A stretch of 64,000 nucleotides of DNA, from the NCBI RefSeq assembly GCF_006345805.1, contig NC_042999.1, positions 148,924,001 through 148,988,000 of the forward strand, given 5' to 3'. Each line of letters opens with the position of its first letter. Position 1 is the stretch's first letter. A program made the position numbers and the translations under genes. Positions 60,059 to 64,000 of this stretch are shown here, one piece after another. Below the pieces are notes generated by a model. That model was given only the letters and a program-made list of their open reading frames with translations, was not told the origin of the DNA and made no database searches. Origin of the DNA: Octopus sinensis (taxonomy: Eukaryota).

Positions 60059-62844
60059 GACAGGCTTCTTTCAGTTTCCATCTACCAAATCCACTCACAA
60101 GGCTTTAGTTAGCCTGAGGCTATAATAGAAGACATTTCCCCAAGGTGCCACACAGTAGGACTGAAATTGGAACCATGTGGTTGGGAAGCAAGCTTCTTAC
60201 TGCACAGCCACTCCTGCGCCTATATGATATGGTCAGTTTAAATGCTAAGGGGTTAGACAGGATTAAAATCATGACAAAATGGAATTGAGAGAGATTTTGT
60301 AGGGTTATAATCACAAAATTAGAGAAAATAAATGAAAGGAAAAGATAGAATATACCTTGTTTAGAGTTAATATTCTGTTTTTTATATCATTTATAGAATA
60401 ACCTGTAATAGGTGGCAGCTGTTCTTCAGTATATTCATGGGAAGGATCATTAATAAAACCCTTGAAAGAAAAATAAATTTATCAATGAGTAAAAACAGTT
60501 GAAAAGGAGAAATGATTCCCTCAACCCCCTATCTAGAATCATCCCCCACTCTCCTTTTAATTTTTTTCTCATTTACGGAGGTTACTTTAGAGTAGTGGTT
60601 CTCAGATGGCGTCCATAGGAATAGTGAATGAGTTGTTAAAAAAAATGGGGAGGGGGCAGACATCAGGTATACTGTTGGCAAATTTCAGGAAGCATGGAGG
60701 TTTTGAAGGAGTTGGATTGCTCCAATTCTTCAACTTCTAGATTTTCACCAACTCAACCTGACAATACTGTTACAAACATCATCATCATCATCGTTTAATG
60801 TCTGTTTTCCATACTGGCATGAGTTGCACAGTTTGACCAAAGACTGGCAAGCCTGTAGGCTGCACCAGGCTTCAATCTGATCTGGCAAGGTTTCTACAGT
60901 TGGATACCCTTCCTAACGCCAACCACTCCAAGAGTGTAGAGGTGCTTTTTACTTGCCACCGGCATGGGAGCCAGTCTGGTGGCAGTGGCATCGACCACAT
61001 TTGGATGGTGCTTTTTACATGCCATCGGCACGAAGAGCCAGTCAGATGGCACTGGTATCGACCTATGCTTGAATGGTACTTATTACATGTCACCAGCATG
61101 GGTGCCAGTCAGGCAGTACTGGCATCGACCACATTCAAATCCATTAATGATTAACTTGAATGAAGATAGTTTCAAGTGATAGTAATTTTTTCGGTAATAT
61201 TTTCTATTACAGAACATGGTGACCTGGCTGACTCATTAGCATGCTGGCCAAAATGCTTCGCAGCAATTCGTCTGTCTTAATGTTCTGAATTCAAGTTCTG
61301 TCAAGATCAACTTTGCCTTTCATTCTTCCAGGGTCAATAAAATAAATGCCAGCCAAGCACTGGAGTTGGTATAATCGAACTTTCCCCTCCCACCAAAAAA
61401 TGCTGGCTTTGTACCAAAATTTGAAACCAATAAGGAATCTGCCAGTTTATAAAATAAATGCCAGTTGAATATTGGAGTTGATGTAATTGGCTTACCCCCC
61501 CCCCCAAAAAAAAAAAATTGCTGCCCTTGTACCTTAGTTTGAAATATTTTCTATTGCATACAGTGAAAAAAGTTATGTGTCCATGAAGGTAAATAAAGTA
61601 AAAACTTACCTGAGCATGATCATAGCTGAGTTTGGCACAAGAATTGATGATGGAACGGCCAAACCATTCATTTACGATCTAAAATGAGAAGCAGAAGATA
61701 GGTGAATATAACTGAGTGGAGATAGATTGGGGTTGTTAATGAAAGATAGAGCAACCAAGTCCACTTACTTCAGCTTTGTCATTTATGTGCCAGATCACAG
61801 AGAACGTAAGACGAGGTTCATTCGGGTTCAAACTGCACAGTTTCTCACAAAGGATTTGTGGTAACATAGGGATTACCTGAATTAAGAGAAGTAATTAATT
61901 AGAAATCAAATCAATGTCAATAAAACAAGGAAATCTGCAAATATTTTATGAAATATTGTCCTCTGTGAAAAGTTTTGAACCAAAAACCCAATAATTTTGC
62001 TGTGTTGGATATCTTTTATCTTTTACATGTTTATCTTCTCCATCACAAAATCTTGCCATATGCCTTCACTTTGAAATTTGAAAGTTGAAGCGAGGAGAAA
62101 CTAGGAGAAGCCATATATGTATATGACCATCAAACATTTGGCCTCACAGAGGCAATGACGAAAGACCGAGACTTCTGGAGATATGCTGTGACTGCGAAGA
62201 CCCGACAAATGAAGTGAGTTCATGGCTCGCAGGACGGCCTGCTGTATTTACCTTGGATCGTAGGGCAACCTGCAGTGCTTGAGGAGACCAACTGAGTCAA
62301 GTACATCAACATTAAAATAAAAATCAAATGGAAATTGTACTTGTGATACCTGTGCCGGTAGCACATAAAAAAGCATCATTCAAACGTGGCCAAGGCCAGC
62401 GCCGCCTTGACTGGCATCTGTGCCGGTGGCACGTAAAAAGCACCCACTACACTCATGGAGTGGTTGGCATTAGGAAGGGCATCCAGCTGTAGAAACACTG
62501 AAAGATCAGACTGTTTGAAGGACAGAGGGAAATATTATTTCACTTGAAATCAGATGAGGTCGATAAGAAAAGTCTGGTCATTGAAAAATCTGCTTCTACG
62601 AAGTTTCCTCTGACCTATGCGAGCATAGAAAAGTAGGCATTAAAACTATGATGACGACAATGATGATGATTATGATGATGATGATGAATAATTTTCATTC
62701 TAATTAAGAAAATTTAACAGATGATACTTACCCTTTGAGTTAAATAAACACTTGTAGCTCTGGAGGCAGCAATTTTGTCAAGACTAGTAGCCTCTTTTAA
62801 GAAGTAACTAACATCAGCTATATGAACGCCAACCTCATATAATC
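42431..62844 (-). CDS. DIS3L2: DIS3-like exonuclease 2 (RNB and S1 domains), 3' 13 coding exons; 5' part lies beyond the right edge
   Basis: The in-frame spliced product carries RNase II/R family motifs: [18 protein letters not shown]...[65 protein letters not shown] and HCNDKK.ASKR.QE.S. The GALRLD and GV.KRVYCN patterns favour DIS3L2 over DIS3. Confidence 0.95.
42575..42850. repeat. Imperfect palindrome with internal short repeats (MITE-like)
   Basis: TTAGTCAATTTGTTAACCAATTGACTAATC...GGTTGATCAATT mirrored by ...TGATCAATTAACCAAATGATTGATCAATTAGTTAATTGG. Confidence 0.6.
43518..43816 (+). mobile_element. Full-length tRNA-derived SINE (third family)
   Basis: A-box TGGCCCAGTGG and B-box-like GTTTCGATTCC; TSD GTCAGTAC (43510-43517 and 43817-43824). 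Confidence 0.8.
44533..44700 (-). CDS. DIS3L2: DIS3L2 exon (S1 domain)
   Basis: [56 protein letters not shown]|gtaagt. Confidence 0.9.
45480..45584 (-). CDS. DIS3L2: DIS3L2 exon (S1 domain)
   Basis: [35 protein letters not shown]. Confidence 0.93.
48468..48598 (-). CDS. DIS3L2: DIS3L2 exon
   Basis: [44 protein letters not shown]. Confidence 0.93.
49500..49647 (-). CDS. DIS3L2: DIS3L2 exon (RNase II signature)
   Basis: LAQYFCSG...[32 protein letters not shown]. Confidence 0.96.
50620..50920 (+). mobile_element. 3' end of a restriction-like-endonuclease non-LTR element (R4/Dong/NeSL-like)
   Basis: [33 protein letters not shown] resembles the RLE-clade C-terminus; ends in a (TAA)n tract. Confidence 0.45.
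51014..51103 (-). CDS. DIS3L2: DIS3L2 exon
   Basis: [30 protein letters not shown]. Confidence 0.92.
51171..51555 (-). mobile_element. Non-autonomous Helitron
   Basis: On the minus strand: 5'-TCTTTATATA..., subterminal hairpin CCCGAGCAACGCCGGG, CTAG-3'; inserted between A and T with no TSD. Confidence 0.85.
54670..54729 (-). CDS. DIS3L2: DIS3L2 exon
   Basis: [20 protein letters not shown]. Confidence 0.9.
55510..55633 (-). CDS. DIS3L2: DIS3L2 exon
   Basis: [41 protein letters not shown]. Confidence 0.94.
56858..56994 (-). CDS. DIS3L2: DIS3L2 exon
   Basis: [45 protein letters not shown]. Confidence 0.92.
57345..59770. repeat. 1167-bp near-identical tandem duplication in a DIS3L2 intron
   Basis: Identical ORFs at 57654 and 58821 and near-identical ORFs at 57924 and 59091 (offset 1167); only scattered substitutions. 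Confidence 0.95.
60356..60460 (-). CDS. DIS3L2: DIS3L2 exon
   Basis: [35 protein letters not shown]; AAG acceptor. Confidence 0.88.
61610..61678 (-). CDS. DIS3L2: DIS3L2 exon
   Basis: [23 protein letters not shown]. Confidence 0.93.
61769..61876 (-). CDS. DIS3L2: DIS3L2 exon
   Basis: [36 protein letters not shown]. Confidence 0.93.
62732..62844 (-). CDS. DIS3L2: DIS3L2 exon
   Basis: [38 protein letters not shown]. Confidence 0.93.
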
Positions 62845-63230
62845 CTGTTAATTAGATATAGATAAGTAAAATACATAAATGCATTCATTTTAATAACATG
62901 TTTATATACTAATGCAGATAATGCAGCTGTTGATAGTGGTGCACTTACCTGCTTAGCTAATTACGTTTGCTTAAAAATGCAAATATTTCAGTTTGAAAGA
63001 ATCTGAATAGGAGGAGGGAGAGGGAGAGAGAAAGAGAGAGAATGTGTGTTTAAGTTTGTGTGAAGAAAAATAGTGTAAGTATACATGTGTAAAAAGTGTA
63101 TGTGTGTTGATGTAGACAGAGAAAGAGAGAGATATTCGGTGAGTGTAAGTGTAGGTGTGTGCATGTGTATGGAGAGAGAGAGAGAGAGGGAAAAAGAGAG
63201 AGAGGGAAGGAGAGAGTAGGCATAAACATA

Positions 63231-64000
63231 TTGAGTCATCCCATAAATAATGCAGTTTTTTTAATTGCATGAAATAAAAGTTGGAGAGGGACGGGATAAA
63301 CTACCTGCATCAATAGGTAGTAATTTTACCTTGTCTTTATTCTTAGTGCAAGTTTTGAAGAGTGCAGTTCGATTCTGACAGTTATTTTGTCAAAGCTATA
63401 ATGGAAGTGACAAAGGAGCATATTCGGCATATTTTGCTTTAGGAGTTCAATAAAGGTAACAGTGTAATGGAAAGTGCAAGGAATATTAACGCAGTATTTG
63501 GGGATCGGACAATAAGTGTAAGCCAGTGTAACAGTGGTTCCAGAAATTCCAAACCAGACACTACAGCCTACAAGATAAGCCTTGTCCTGGAAGATCTGTA
63601 AAGCTTGACGAGGACATCCTGCAAACCCTGGTGGAATGAAATCCCATTGTTAACTGTTGAGGAACTAGTAGAGAGGCTTGGATTTGGTCATTCAACCATT
63701 CATTGACACCTGTGTGCTATTGGAAAAGTCAGCAAATTGGGTGAATGGGTTCCTTACAAACTTTCTAAATCTAATTGTGTACAGAAAGTGAATGTGTGCT
63801 CTTCTTTGCTGTCATGTCTCACGAATGAACCTTTTGGGACTGAATAGAGGCTGCTGATGAGAAAAGGACTCTATAAAAATGTCAAGCGCTGAAGACCATG
63901 AGTAGGGAAAGGAGAAACACCAGCACCCTAATCTAAAGAAAGTCTTTACCCACATAAGGTGTTGTTATCTGTTTGGTGGGATATGAAAGGTTCAGTCCAC
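63231..64000 (+). mobile_element. Defective mariner element, 5' part (same family as 2988-3878)
   Basis: TA + TIR TTGAGTCATCCCATAAATAATGC; transposase start MEVTKEHIRHILL* at 63401; WVPYKL (WVPHEL motif); LYPHKVLLSVWWDMKG; stops and frameshifts. Confidence 0.9.

Noticed and set aside
62945-63000. Minus-strand GCAG|GTAAGT donor as an upstream DIS3L2 exon
   Set aside because: The upstream sequence does not encode the expected TIDP..A.DLDDA catalytic motif; that exon must lie beyond the window

Overview
AT-rich, intron-rich, repeat-dense animal genomic DNA. The SINE/MITE repertoire and microsatellites suggest a cephalopod (Octopus-like) genome; this is an inference. The ORF track is almost all noise, and the real genes had to be assembled by hand from GT-AG exons with consistent phases. 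Four genes are supported. (1) The 5' part of ARL2BP/BART (- strand, 697-3976, running off the left edge). (2) A complete 6-exon, 378-aa multi-pass membrane protein that I cannot assign to any family (- strand, 14226-23410). (3) A complete 8-exon, 226-aa CENP-H-like kinetochore protein (+ strand, 30805-41974), head-to-head with gene 2. (4) The 3' 13 coding exons of the exoribonuclease DIS3L2 (- strand, 42431-62844), tail-to-tail with CENP-H and with apparently overlapping 3' UTRs. Introns hold tRNA-derived SINEs, RTE-like LINE remnants, two mariner relics, several MITE families (TTAA, 8-bp TSD), a compound Helitron, a Gypsy-type solo LTR, Penelope-like ends with hammerhead-like cores, and recent tandem duplications. 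I found no prokaryote-type system. The best novelty candidates are the orphan membrane gene paired with CENP-H and several repeat-generated dsRNA or splicing configurations.
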